Below are positions 19,709-28,662 of a DNA stretch of 64,000 nucleotides, one piece after another; the first letter of the stretch is position 1, and each line of letters starts with the position of its first letter. Both the position numbers and the translations under genes were made by a program. The notes under the pieces are model-generated. The model worked only from the letters and a program-made list of their open reading frames with translations, had not been told where the DNA came from and did not search any database. The stretch is taken from the NCBI GenBank assembly GCA_963708185.1, contig OY970195.1, positions 480,001-544,000 on the forward strand, in the 5' to 3' direction. The stretch is from Candidatus Peregrinibacteria bacterium (GTDB taxonomy: Bacteria; Patescibacteriota; Gracilibacteria; UBA1369).

Positions 19709-21279
19709 TATTCTTCTTCGTTATGGTGGAAGACTTCACGGAAACGAATGAATTCAACCAGGCGAAGGCCGCTCCATCTTCCAAGGGCGATATTGATGAT
19801 AAGAAACAAGAAGATGGCTTCCGGATAATGCCTCATAAAGTTTTTCAGCGTATCCCACTGAAAGTTGAAAAAACCCAAGTCGATCTGGCCGCCAACCGCG
19901 ATGTACGCGACGACGGCGATGATGACCGTTTGCAGGGTAAGCCAAAGGGTTTTCCAGATGCCGGATTCGGACTGGATACTGGTGAATTTTTCAGTGATGC
20001 TGCCAAGGATAAGCATAGGAAAGATGGCCAAAGAGAAGAACTGACTGTCGAAAAGCTTGAAAATGGTTCCCAAAATCAACAATGCGAAGAGCGACAGGGT
20101 GATCATGATCATAACCACGGCAAGCTTTGGCATAAAGAGAAGATGCGCTTTTTTCAAAATGAATCTCGTCGTCATGCCAACGATCAAAGCCGTTACCAGG
20201 GTGAGCAGTCCGAACTTCAATCCGAGAATAAGAAAAGTCAGGCACATGATCAACGGCGTATACATACCGAAGGTGTTCATGCCGACGATCTGGCGCATGA
20301 TGACGATGATCGTGGCGATAATCGGCAACATCAGGATGAGCACGATGGTGTTGTCGGGGATTCCGCTTTCAACAAGAAAGTTCACGAAATACGTCATGAA
20401 ATTCCAGATACTTAGTCTCCTTGAAGCCTCATCGAAAAATTTAAATTCGTATCCCCCCTGTTGCAGTTCTTTGATCACCGTGTTTTCCTCGCTCGAAACG
20501 ATGACATAGAGCCCCGCTTCCTTTGCAATAATGATCTGTTTGGGGTTAAAGCCCTGGAACGGGGGAGTAAAAACGACTTTATCGATGTCGTTGTCGATGA
20601 TGTAAAGGTTTTTATCGTTAAGTATCTTGGCCTTGGTGTCCTGATTTTCCTTGATGAAGCGGTTGAGGGTATTTATGCCCACGTTATCGTTCGTCCAGAG
20701 AATGATTTCATCGCTTCGATTGAGAGCTTCAGGGTTTTCGTCCATGGATTTCGTGAGGGCCTCTTCGGAAATAAATTCAGAAGCACTGTCGAAGCTTTCC
20801 AGGACATTAAGCTCCACACCCTCGTTCTGGGCAACATTTTTAAGATTTTCGATCTGGTCTTTTTTATCGGTCTGATCCGTCAGCATCAAAATGGACTTCT
20901 TGTAGATGAAAATGTCCGTTTCGGTCTTAAAATCCTGATTTTCACTCGAAATATCCAAGTTGACGTGGAAGGTTCCGGTATCTTTATAGGTGTGCGTCAA
21001 ATTCACCCCTTCCTTTTTTGTACCGTCACCAAAATCCCAGTGGTACACCGCTTTGGCGGGATCACCGGGTAAAATGCTCTTTGAGGCGTCAAAAACGACG
21101 TTTTTTTCGACTTCCGCTGACGAATTGACGTCGATTTCGGCCTGGTAAGCTTGATTTTTATCAGAAATGTTTTGGGATAACCCTAGGACAGGGGTCACTG
21201 CCCAAAGAAGCAATGCCAATATTGCGGTATATTTTATGCCTTTTTTGTGCTGTTTCTCGTGCATTTTACGATTTTTCAT
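19708..21279 (-). CDS. PKD-domain + 7TM membrane protein (7TM of the inactive-transglutaminase-associated type)
   Basis: Signal peptide; FDASKS...YHWDFGDG...HTY PKD; LMLPIIAT...RQIVGMNTFGMYTP, IFPMLIL, GRWSGLRLVEFIRF; TAATG overlap with the downstream gene. Confidence 0.8.
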   Translation of the reverse strand: MKNRKMHEKQHKKGIKYTAILALLLWAVTPVLGLSQNISDKNQAYQAEIDVNSSAEVEKNVVFDASKSILPGDPAKAVYHWDFGDGTKKEGVNLTHTYKDTGTFHVNLDISSENQDFKTETDIFIYKKSILMLTDQTDKKDQIENLKNVAQNEGVELNVLESFDSASEFISEEALTKSMDENPEALNRSDEIILWTNDNVGINTLNRFIKENQDTKAKILNDKNLYIIDNDIDKVVFTPPFQGFNPKQIIIAKEAGLYVIVSSEENTVIKELQQGGYEFKFFDEASRRLSIWNFMTYFVNFLVESGIPDNTIVLILMLPIIATIIVIMRQIVGMNTFGMYTPLIMCLTFLILGLKFGLLTLVTALIVGMTTRFILKKAHLLFMPKLAVVMIMITLSLFALLILGTIFKLFDSQFFSLAIFPMLILGSITEKFTSIQSESGIWKTLWLTLQTVIIAVVAYIAVGGQIDLGFFNFQWDTLKNFMRHYPEAIFLFLIINIALGRWSGLRLVEFIRFREVFHHNEEE

Positions 21280-21410
21280 AGCTCTTCGCTGTGACTCTAC
21301 GTATATTAGCTTTTTTGAGAATAGTAGCAAGGGGTAAACATTTTGCTGCTGGGCTTTTCAAAAGTGCCTTTTTTTGGTATAATTATTAGATAAAAATAAA
21401 CATCAAACCT

Positions 21411-23615
21411 ATGAATACAACACAAAAAAACATTTTGGCGGTTATCTCTCTCTTGGCGCTTTCATTTTCACAACCGGTGTTCGCAGCACCACAAGCAGTT
21501 GAGGGCTATGGTTCTGATACAATCGCCGGATATGAAACTTTGTTAAAATCCAGTACGGTTTCGGCATGGCAGGACGTTACTTTCCATGTTGCCAAACCGG
21601 ACGGAACCGTTGTAAGTCTCAACGCGAACAGCGGAGCGAACGGCGTGGCGAAAGCAACTTTGTCTGATTATCACACGACGACAGCCGGCCAATATAAGGT
21701 CGGGGCGTCTTTGGGAAGCAACAATAACGTTTCGAGCGGTTCAGTCCATAATTTTACCATTCTCCCGGATAAAGTTTCTGCTGACCAATCGACTGTTGCC
21801 ATTGATAAAACCGTCATACAGCCCGGTTCTCAGGATTTTGCCAAACTTACCGTCCAGCTGACCGACAAGTATCATAATCCCGTGTCGAATCATCTTGTTC
21901 AGGTTTTTTCAACAAGGACTCAAGATAAAATATCGACGGTCTCCACGAACGGGATGACCGATGCCAAAGGAAATATTGCTTTCAACCTCAGCTCTTCGGA
22001 CAAAGGGGTTTCAGAATATTCTGTTCTCGATTCCACCTCGGGGGTGATGCTTTCCCACAAGATCGACGTGGCTTATGTGGCCGGATCTGATCTTATGGCA
22101 GATGCTGGAGGAGAGTTCCCTTTCTTCATTGATACCGCAAACGCAGCGGCCGGGACTCTTCATCATTTTGAAATTTCAGGTCTTCCCGACGGTATTCAAC
22201 CGAATCAAAGCGTCAATTTTACCGTTACGGCCCAGGATGACACCAATCAGACGGTTCAGAACTATACCGGTACCGTTCATTTTTCAGCACAGGGTTCAAA
22301 CAGCGCCAATGTCACGCTCCCAGAAGATTATACTTTTAAAGCTGAAGACCTTGGGACCCATCAGTTCAGCCTTGGGCTCAGTTTCAGCTCAGCCGGTGAT
22401 TACACCATTGTGGCAACGGATTTATCCAATACCCTTATTCAGGGGACCAAAGACGTCACGATCGGCGGAGGCGGATCAACTCAACAGTCATCGAACGCAA
22501 ATATCACCGTTGATTCCCCGGTAGCAGGAACTTACAGTCAGAAGACTCAGACCATCAGCGGAAAGGCCCAGTCGGGAGATACGGTGAAGATTTACGACAA
22601 CCAGCAGGAGATCGGAAGCGTCCAGGCAAGCGGTGACGGAACGTATTCCTACCAGTCCTCTCCCCTGAGTGACGGTCAGCACAGCATTTATGCCGTCATG
22701 TATGATAATACTCAGACCGCACAGGGGACATCGAATACCGTAGAGTTCAGTATTGATACGACTCCGCCGACCGCGGATGAAATTGTTCTCGATCCGAGTT
22801 CGGGGATCACGCCCGGGACTCCGATCAACGTCTCTGTCACCAGTGAGCAGAACCTTTCACAGGCGGCGATTGTTTTCAATGGCGATATCGTAACGCTTAA
22901 TCCAAGTCTCGATGATCCGAGTACCTACATTGCCACCATTCAGGCTCCTGATACTCCGGGCGTCTATCCGATTGATGTCTTGATCGTCGACCAGCTTGGT
23001 AACGAAGGCTCTTATAAAGGGAAAGCCCAGGTTACCGTTGAAGGTGCCGCTCCGACCGAACAGCAAAGCCAACAGACCCAGGTGGCCACGCAGGAGCAGA
23101 CGCAGCAGCCAACCCAGGAGGTCGCTCCTCCCCCGGCCAACACGGCTCCTTCCAAAGTTTCCGGCCTCTTGACCTATGCCGGTGATAAGAAGATCACTCT
23201 GGTTTGGGACGCCGCTTCGGACAGTGAAACCTATGTCCAGCATTATCGTATTTATTACGGCACCGATCCTCGCAATCTTGATCTTTACGTGGACACGAAA
23301 GATGCGAGCACGACCTGGTACGTCCCGAATCTTGAAAACGGCAAGGAGTATTATTTTGCTGTCAGCGCGTTTGATACCGAAGGCATGGAAAGCTCCGGTT
23401 TGAGTGAAGTTGTGAGCGGCATCCCGTTTACAACTGAAGTTGCTTCACTCGGTCAGGTTTCAGGGCCTTTGCAGCCAGCGACTCACCCGGCTGCTGGAGA
23501 ACTCGTGACTCCGCCGACAACGACCAAGAGCGGGCCTGAACTGCTTTGGGTCCTTGCAGGAAGCGGTTTGTTCGGAGGAGCTCTCAAAAAGCTGCGCCGA
23601 AAGAAGAAAAAATAA
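21411..23615 (+). CDS. Secreted surface protein with several Ig-like domains, an FN3 domain and a C-terminal anchor
   Basis: Signal peptide, VQLTDKYHNPV...TDAKG (Big-1-like), LSDGQHSI, FN3 (ITLVWD...YRIYYG...NLENGKEYYFAVSA), ending TKSGPE + hydrophobic stretch + RRKKKK. Confidence 0.75.
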   Translation: MNTTQKNILAVISLLALSFSQPVFAAPQAVEGYGSDTIAGYETLLKSSTVSAWQDVTFHVAKPDGTVVSLNANSGANGVAKATLSDYHTTTAGQYKVGASLGSNNNVSSGSVHNFTILPDKVSADQSTVAIDKTVIQPGSQDFAKLTVQLTDKYHNPVSNHLVQVFSTRTQDKISTVSTNGMTDAKGNIAFNLSSSDKGVSEYSVLDSTSGVMLSHKIDVAYVAGSDLMADAGGEFPFFIDTANAAAGTLHHFEISGLPDGIQPNQSVNFTVTAQDDTNQTVQNYTGTVHFSAQGSNSANVTLPEDYTFKAEDLGTHQFSLGLSFSSAGDYTIVATDLSNTLIQGTKDVTIGGGGSTQQSSNANITVDSPVAGTYSQKTQTISGKAQSGDTVKIYDNQQEIGSVQASGDGTYSYQSSPLSDGQHSIYAVMYDNTQTAQGTSNTVEFSIDTTPPTADEIVLDPSSGITPGTPINVSVTSEQNLSQAAIVFNGDIVTLNPSLDDPSTYIATIQAPDTPGVYPIDVLIVDQLGNEGSYKGKAQVTVEGAAPTEQQSQQTQVATQEQTQQPTQEVAPPPANTAPSKVSGLLTYAGDKKITLVWDAASDSETYVQHYRIYYGTDPRNLDLYVDTKDASTTWYVPNLENGKEYYFAVSAFDTEGMESSGLSEVVSGIPFTTEVASLGQVSGPLQPATHPAAGELVTPPTTTKSGPELLWVLAGSGLFGGALKKLRRKKKK

Positions 23616-23721
23616 ACGCCGGTTTTCTTTCCTGAACCCAGGGATCCGGGGACTTCCTCAGATTATTTTAGATTTTTCGAAGACTCCTGTTATAATCCTG
23701 GTGTTGTCTTTACGAGTTTTT

Positions 23722-23988
23722 ATGGTGACTCTTTATATCGGAGCGTTCGTCAAAATCTTTTTTAATCTGCTGAGTTTTCTTATTATCGTCCGGGTCCTGC
23801 TTTCCTGGTTTCCGAGACGTCCGCACAATGCCCTCTTTGATTTTATTTTTGACGTCACCCGCCCGGTGTTGAACCTGGCAAAGAGAGTCATTCCGCCGAT
23901 CGGCATGATCGATCTTTCCCCCATTGTTGCCCTGATTGCCCTGGATATTTTACAGACCATCATTTTAGCCCTTTTAAACGTCGGTTGA
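23722..23988 (+). CDS. yggT: YggT family membrane protein
   Basis: IIVRVLLSW, VTRPVL...IPPIGMIDLSPIVA; ATG at 23722. Confidence 0.9.
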   Translation: MVTLYIGAFVKIFFNLLSFLIIVRVLLSWFPRRPHNALFDFIFDVTRPVLNLAKRVIPPIGMIDLSPIVALIALDILQTIILALLNVG

Positions 23989-23992
23989 ATTT

Positions 23993-25381
23993 ATGCACAT
24001 TTACAATACTCTTAACGCACAAAAGGAACCGTTGCAGCCGATAAATGGCAAAAAAGTTGGCATGTACCTCTGCGGTCCGACCGTCTATGATTTCGCCCAT
24101 TTGGGGCACGGTCGTTCTGCGGTATCTTTTGACATCATCCGACGGTATCTCATCTTCAAAGGTTACGACGTAACTTTCGTTTCCAATTACACGGACATTG
24201 ACGATAAAATGATCAACCGTGCTGAGATGATGAAGATCAGCGTCAAGGAACTCTCTGAAAAGATCATCCCCGAGTATGAAAAAGACTACGGCGCATTGGG
24301 GATCTTGGTTCCTGATGTTTTACCCCGGGCAACCGATCACGTAGAACAGATGATAGAAATGATCGGATTGCTGGAGAAAAAAGGTGCGACTTACGTCCTC
24401 GATGACGGTGTTTACTTTGATATTTCTAAATTTCCTGAATACGGCAAACTGTCGAAGCAGGACCTTGACGCCCTCAAAAGCGGCGTGAGAGTTGAAGTCA
24501 AAGCCTCAAAGAGGCATCCTCAGGATTTTGTCCTCTGGAAATTTTCCAAACCCGGAGAACCCGAATGGCAAAGTCCGTGGGGGAAAGGCCGCCCCGGCTG
24601 GCACATTGAATGCAGCGCCATGAGCAGAAGATACCTCGGTGATACCTTCGAAATTCACGGAGGAGGTTCGGATCTCATTTTTCCGCATCATGAATGTGAA
24701 ATCGCGCAGAGCGAATGCGCTCTTGAAAAACCTTTCGCAAGGTACTGGCTGCATAACGGATTCATTCAAATCAACAATGAAAAAATGTCCAAGTCTCTCG
24801 GCAATTTCTTTTTGCTGAGGGATGTTTTCGTTAAATATCCGCCGCAAGCTGTAAGGTATTTGTTTCTGCAGACCCATTACCGTTCGCCGATCGAGTTTAC
24901 TGACGAACTTTTGTCCCAGGCAAAAAACAGCCTGGCTCGTCTGCAGGATTTCATGAAGAGACTCGAAAATTATGTCCCCGCGGTTCAGAACGCAAAACAG
25001 AACGATTTTGAGGATGAGATCCTAGACTGCCAAAAGCGTTTTGAAGACGCCATGAACGATGACTTCGAAACTCCACAGGCGTTAGCAGCCGTTTTTGATC
25101 TCGTCAAAGAGGTGAATCGCAGAATCGACAGCAAAACTCTGACGAGAATTTCACAGGAATCGGCCATGACGTTCCTGATGCGCATTGACGCCATACTGGG
25201 AATCCTCGTTTCGACGCAAAGTGAAAAAATAGATACGGAAATAACTTCGTTGATCGAACAGCGTGAAAGTGCACGCAAAAACAAAGACTGGAAAACTTCG
25301 GACGAGATTCGCGATGAACTTTTGAAACGTGGCATACAGCTTGAAGACACGCCGCAGGGCACGGTCTGGAAAAAGCTCTAA
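23993..25381 (+). CDS. cysS: Cysteine--tRNA ligase
   Basis: CGPTVY, HLGH, GRPGWHIEC, FPHHE, KMSKS. Confidence 0.98.
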   Translation: MHIYNTLNAQKEPLQPINGKKVGMYLCGPTVYDFAHLGHGRSAVSFDIIRRYLIFKGYDVTFVSNYTDIDDKMINRAEMMKISVKELSEKIIPEYEKDYGALGILVPDVLPRATDHVEQMIEMIGLLEKKGATYVLDDGVYFDISKFPEYGKLSKQDLDALKSGVRVEVKASKRHPQDFVLWKFSKPGEPEWQSPWGKGRPGWHIECSAMSRRYLGDTFEIHGGGSDLIFPHHECEIAQSECALEKPFARYWLHNGFIQINNEKMSKSLGNFFLLRDVFVKYPPQAVRYLFLQTHYRSPIEFTDELLSQAKNSLARLQDFMKRLENYVPAVQNAKQNDFEDEILDCQKRFEDAMNDDFETPQALAAVFDLVKEVNRRIDSKTLTRISQESAMTFLMRIDAILGILVSTQSEKIDTEITSLIEQRESARKNKDWKTSDEIRDELLKRGIQLEDTPQGTVWKKL

Positions 25382-25400
25382 ATGAGTTGGTGCTCGATTC

Positions 25401-26762
25401 CTATCGGTTCCGGGTCAACGATTCGGCAATCTTGTAAACGTCCCCCGCCCCCATGGTGATGATAACGTCGTAGTGGTTGTCTTTTTGAATAGTGTTTGCA
25501 GTGTTTTGAAGACCCTGCCCATTTTTTACGCGTTTGTGGTGTTTGGATATTTCCCTTACAAGCTTGTCGACGTTGATTTTTTTGATGTCGCTTTCCGAGT
25601 CCCTGACTCCATAAATGTTTGGGATGATGATTTCCGAGGCGTCTTGAAAAGCTTCAGCGAAATTTTTCAGCAACTTGTGGGTTCTGCTGAATTGATGTGG
25701 TTGGAAAACGCAAAGTATCTTTGCTTTTTTTCCGAACCTTTCTCGCGCAGCTTTTAACGTGGCTTTGATTTCCGTCGGGTGATGACCATAATCATCGAGA
25801 ACGATGGCTTTCCCGCAATATCCTACTGTTTCAAAACGACGGGACGATCCCTGGTAAGCTTTGAGCGCTTTCAGGCACAACGATATGGAGATTTTATGCT
25901 CTCCGGCCAGGGCGAGAACCGCAAGGGCGTTCATGAGATTGTGTTCTCCCGGAATGCTCAGTTTCAGCTCGGCTATCTTTTTGTTGCGGTGGTAAACGCT
26001 GTTTTTCTTCAAACGATAGTCGGAATCCTTTGCGTTTCCGAACCAGACGATTTTTGCTTTCCGGTAATTCTTGAGAATGCTCCTGATGTTTTTATCGTCG
26101 GCGTTGGCGATGACCATCCCGTCTTTGGGCAGTTTATGGACGAACTGGAGAAAAGCCTTCTTGTAATCGGCGAGATTTTTATAGTAATCGAGATGATCGG
26201 CTTCGACATTGGTGATGATGATCGTTTGCGGCCAGTAGTTGAGAAATCCCCGGCGGTATTCGCAGGATTCTATAATGAGGTCGGGGCCGTGTCCGTTGTG
26301 TGCGTTATGATGGTTCAATTCCTTGATGGAGGCCCCGACAATGACCGAAGGATCCTTGCCGGCTTTCATGAATACAGCGGCCCCCATCGCCGTAGTGGTG
26401 GTTTTCCCATGGGTCCCGCAGATGCAGATAGCGGATCTCGTACGGGTCAAAAGCCCCACGGCCTCAGGATACGAATATTCAGGAATGTGCCGTTTTTTTG
26501 CGGCGATCCTTTCCGGATTTTCCTCAGGAACCGCTGGGGAATAAATCACCAGCTGCGTTTTGGGAGGGATATTCGAAGCTTTTTGTCCGACCGAAATTTT
26601 TATCCTCTCTTTTTGAAGATTCCGTACGGCCGGGTTCATCTGTATATCTGAACCGCTGATGATTTTTTTCCGCGTTTTCAAAATCCTGGCCAGACCGCTC
26701 ATGCCGCTTCCGCCGATTCCAATGAAATGAATGTGTCTGGTGTTTTTCAGTTCGTCGTTCAT
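25401..26762 (-). CDS. murC: UDP-N-acetylmuramate--L-alanine ligase
   Basis: IGIGGSGMS, GTHGKTTT, DHLD, DDYGHHPTE, FQPH, MGAGD. Confidence 0.95.
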   Translation of the reverse strand: MNDELKNTRHIHFIGIGGSGMSGLARILKTRKKIISGSDIQMNPAVRNLQKERIKISVGQKASNIPPKTQLVIYSPAVPEENPERIAAKKRHIPEYSYPEAVGLLTRTRSAICICGTHGKTTTTAMGAAVFMKAGKDPSVIVGASIKELNHHNAHNGHGPDLIIESCEYRRGFLNYWPQTIIITNVEADHLDYYKNLADYKKAFLQFVHKLPKDGMVIANADDKNIRSILKNYRKAKIVWFGNAKDSDYRLKKNSVYHRNKKIAELKLSIPGEHNLMNALAVLALAGEHKISISLCLKALKAYQGSSRRFETVGYCGKAIVLDDYGHHPTEIKATLKAARERFGKKAKILCVFQPHQFSRTHKLLKNFAEAFQDASEIIIPNIYGVRDSESDIKKINVDKLVREISKHHKRVKNGQGLQNTANTIQKDNHYDVIITMGAGDVYKIAESLTRNR

Positions 26763-26861
26763 AGCCTCATCAGTCTAATACGCTTCACATCGGGTTCAAA
26801 GAAAAAATTGCGATTCCACCTTAAAAAGGGTATATTTCCCCTGCTTTAAGCTGATATCATC

Positions 26862-27278
26862 ATGGCTTTCCAGTTCAATCATACCTCGAATTTCACCAAA
26901 ATGATTATTATTATCGAATTTTTGGTTGTTTCCTATCTGCTTTATACGCTCACCAAATCGGTTTACCAGAGTTACCAGATCGATCAGCACATTACCCAAT
27001 TCAAGCAGGAGAACGATCAGATCGCCCAGCAGAACAAACAAAAAGAGGCCGATTACAGTTATTACAGTTCAGACGCCTATATCGAGAAGATTGCCAAACA
27101 AAACCTCGGCCTGGTGAACCCCGGAGAACAGGTCATCGTGATCCCAAATACTCCCGATAATCAGGTGCAGACAGCCGACACAACCCAGAATCAGTCTTCG
27201 GATGTCAGCATCCAGGCTCTGAGTAATCCCCAAAAATGGTGGAAATTTTTCTTTGACATTCGCCAGGAGACAAAGTAA
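26862..27278 (+). CDS. FtsB/DivIC septum formation initiator family protein
   Basis: One TM, a coiled coil, then YIEKIAKQNLGLVNPGEQVI. Confidence 0.85.
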   Translation: MAFQFNHTSNFTKMIIIIEFLVVSYLLYTLTKSVYQSYQIDQHITQFKQENDQIAQQNKQKEADYSYYSSDAYIEKIAKQNLGLVNPGEQVIVIPNTPDNQVQTADTTQNQSSDVSIQALSNPQKWWKFFFDIRQETK

Positions 27279-27333
27279 ATTTCTTGTGCTTCTGGCAAGT
27301 TCGTTGTTTAAGGTATGAACGGTTGAAGTATGA

Positions 27334-27408
27334 CGCGGGGTAGAGCAGAGGCAGCTCGTCGGGCTCATAACCCGGAGGTCGGTGGTTCGAATCCACCCCC
27401 CGCAACCA
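27334..27408 (+). tRNA. tRNA-fMet (CAT), initiator
   Basis: Cloverleaf, C1:A72 mismatch, three G:C pairs in the anticodon stem, encoded CCA. Confidence 0.95.
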
Positions 27409-27421
27409 AATTTTTGTTTAT

Positions 27422-27498
27422 GGCTGGGTAGCTCAGCTGGTTAGAGCGTGGGACTCATAAGCCCAAGGTCGGCAGTTCGATCCTGCCCCCAGCTACCA
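27422..27498 (+). tRNA. tRNA with CAT anticodon, probably elongator Met (Ile2 not excluded)
   Basis: GGCTGGG/CCCAGCT acceptor stem, CTCATAA loop, TTCGA T-loop, CCA. Confidence 0.88.
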
Positions 27499-27505
27499 TT
27501 CATGT

Positions 27506-28114
27506 ATGGAACATAAAATACATTTCAGCACGTTTTCCAACGCAGAGGATTCTGTTTATGAACGGTTGCGGGATTTCAGGGACCGTTTTTGGAAACCTGT
27601 GTGCGTTTTTCTGACACATCTCGGCGTGAAGCCGGACCATTTGAGTTACCTCAACCTGGTCATGGTTTTCGGTTTCGTTTATTTTTTGATCGACATTCCG
27701 CTTATTTCTTTTTTCGCTTTGTTGACGAGCGTTATCCTTGACAGTATCGACGGCAGTCTCGCCAGACATCAAAAAGTATCGAGCGATAAAGGTTCCTTGC
27801 TTGATATCGGCATGGATCATTTTGTGCTGATGGCGGTGATTCTGACGCTAATCTACACCAAGGCGATGGACGGCTTCTGGGGCGCGGCGTACGCCATAAA
27901 CTACCTCGTGATGATCATGCACGTGCTTTCGATGCGTGCTTTGAGGCTGCACGTTTTTCCCGTCGTACGGAGTAAATATTATCTGTACCTCGTATGGGCG
28001 CTTTTTCTTTTCACCGGCCTGAACTATCTTGACGTTTTCCTGGTGTTTTTCTCGATTTACATGTTTCTGACCAATCTTTTTTTGTTCCGCACTTTTCGAT
28101 GCTCCTTATCGTAG
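27506..28114 (+). CDS. CDP-alcohol phosphatidyltransferase
   Basis: DSIDGSLAR-x7-GSLLDIGMD signature. Confidence 0.9.
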   Translation: MEHKIHFSTFSNAEDSVYERLRDFRDRFWKPVCVFLTHLGVKPDHLSYLNLVMVFGFVYFLIDIPLISFFALLTSVILDSIDGSLARHQKVSSDKGSLLDIGMDHFVLMAVILTLIYTKAMDGFWGAAYAINYLVMIMHVLSMRALRLHVFPVVRSKYYLYLVWALFLFTGLNYLDVFLVFFSIYMFLTNLFLFRTFRCSLS

Positions 28115-28653
28115 CACAGGCGCTGTTTTTTTTCCTTCCGGCTTACATGGCCAACATGTTTCCGGTGGTTTTCGGAAAAGTGAAGAAACTGGAACATTTC
28201 AAAAAACCGATCGATCACGGGAAGAAATTCGGCAAAAAATCTTTATTCGGGGAACATAAAACCTATTTTGGATTTTTGATAGGAGTCAGCGGTGCCTTGT
28301 TGACGGGCCTTCTTCAAAGCGCCATCTATTCTTATTTTCCGGATAGCCGCATGTTGTTTCTAGAACCTTACCCTCTGTCTTTTGCCCTTCAGCTGGGTTT
28401 TCTCCTTGGCTTTGGTTCTCTTTTGGGGGATCTCATCAAAAGTTTCTTCAAAAGAAGACTCGGAATTGCGAGTGGCGCACCTTTTTTTCCTTTTGATCAA
28501 CTGGATTTTGTTGCAGGAGGCCTGCTGCTTGCCGCGCCGCTTTTCCTTCCTTCCTGGGAGTATATCCTTACGCTTGTTTTGTTCACTCCCCTGCTTCATT
28601 TTTTGAGTAACGTCCTTGGCTATTCTCTCGGTCTTAAAAAAGTCTGGTGGTAA
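28099..28653 (+). CDS. carS: CarS-like CDP-archaeol synthase (DUF46)
   Basis: LPAYMANMFPV, PIDHGK...LFGEHKT, GDLIKSFFKRRLG, DQLDF, GYSLGLKKVWW. Confidence 0.8.
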   Translation: MLLIVAQALFFFLPAYMANMFPVVFGKVKKLEHFKKPIDHGKKFGKKSLFGEHKTYFGFLIGVSGALLTGLLQSAIYSYFPDSRMLFLEPYPLSFALQLGFLLGFGSLLGDLIKSFFKRRLGIASGAPFFPFDQLDFVAGGLLLAAPLFLPSWEYILTLVLFTPLLHFLSNVLGYSLGLKKVWW

Positions 28654-28662
28654 AGGGGTCTT

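Noticed and set aside
27205-27405. 66-aa minus-strand ORF
   Set aside because: Largely the reverse complement of tRNA-fMet.
27422-27498. A31:G39 mismatch suggesting a tRNA pseudogene
   Set aside because: All other arms and the CCA are intact; one mismatch next to the loop is tolerated.
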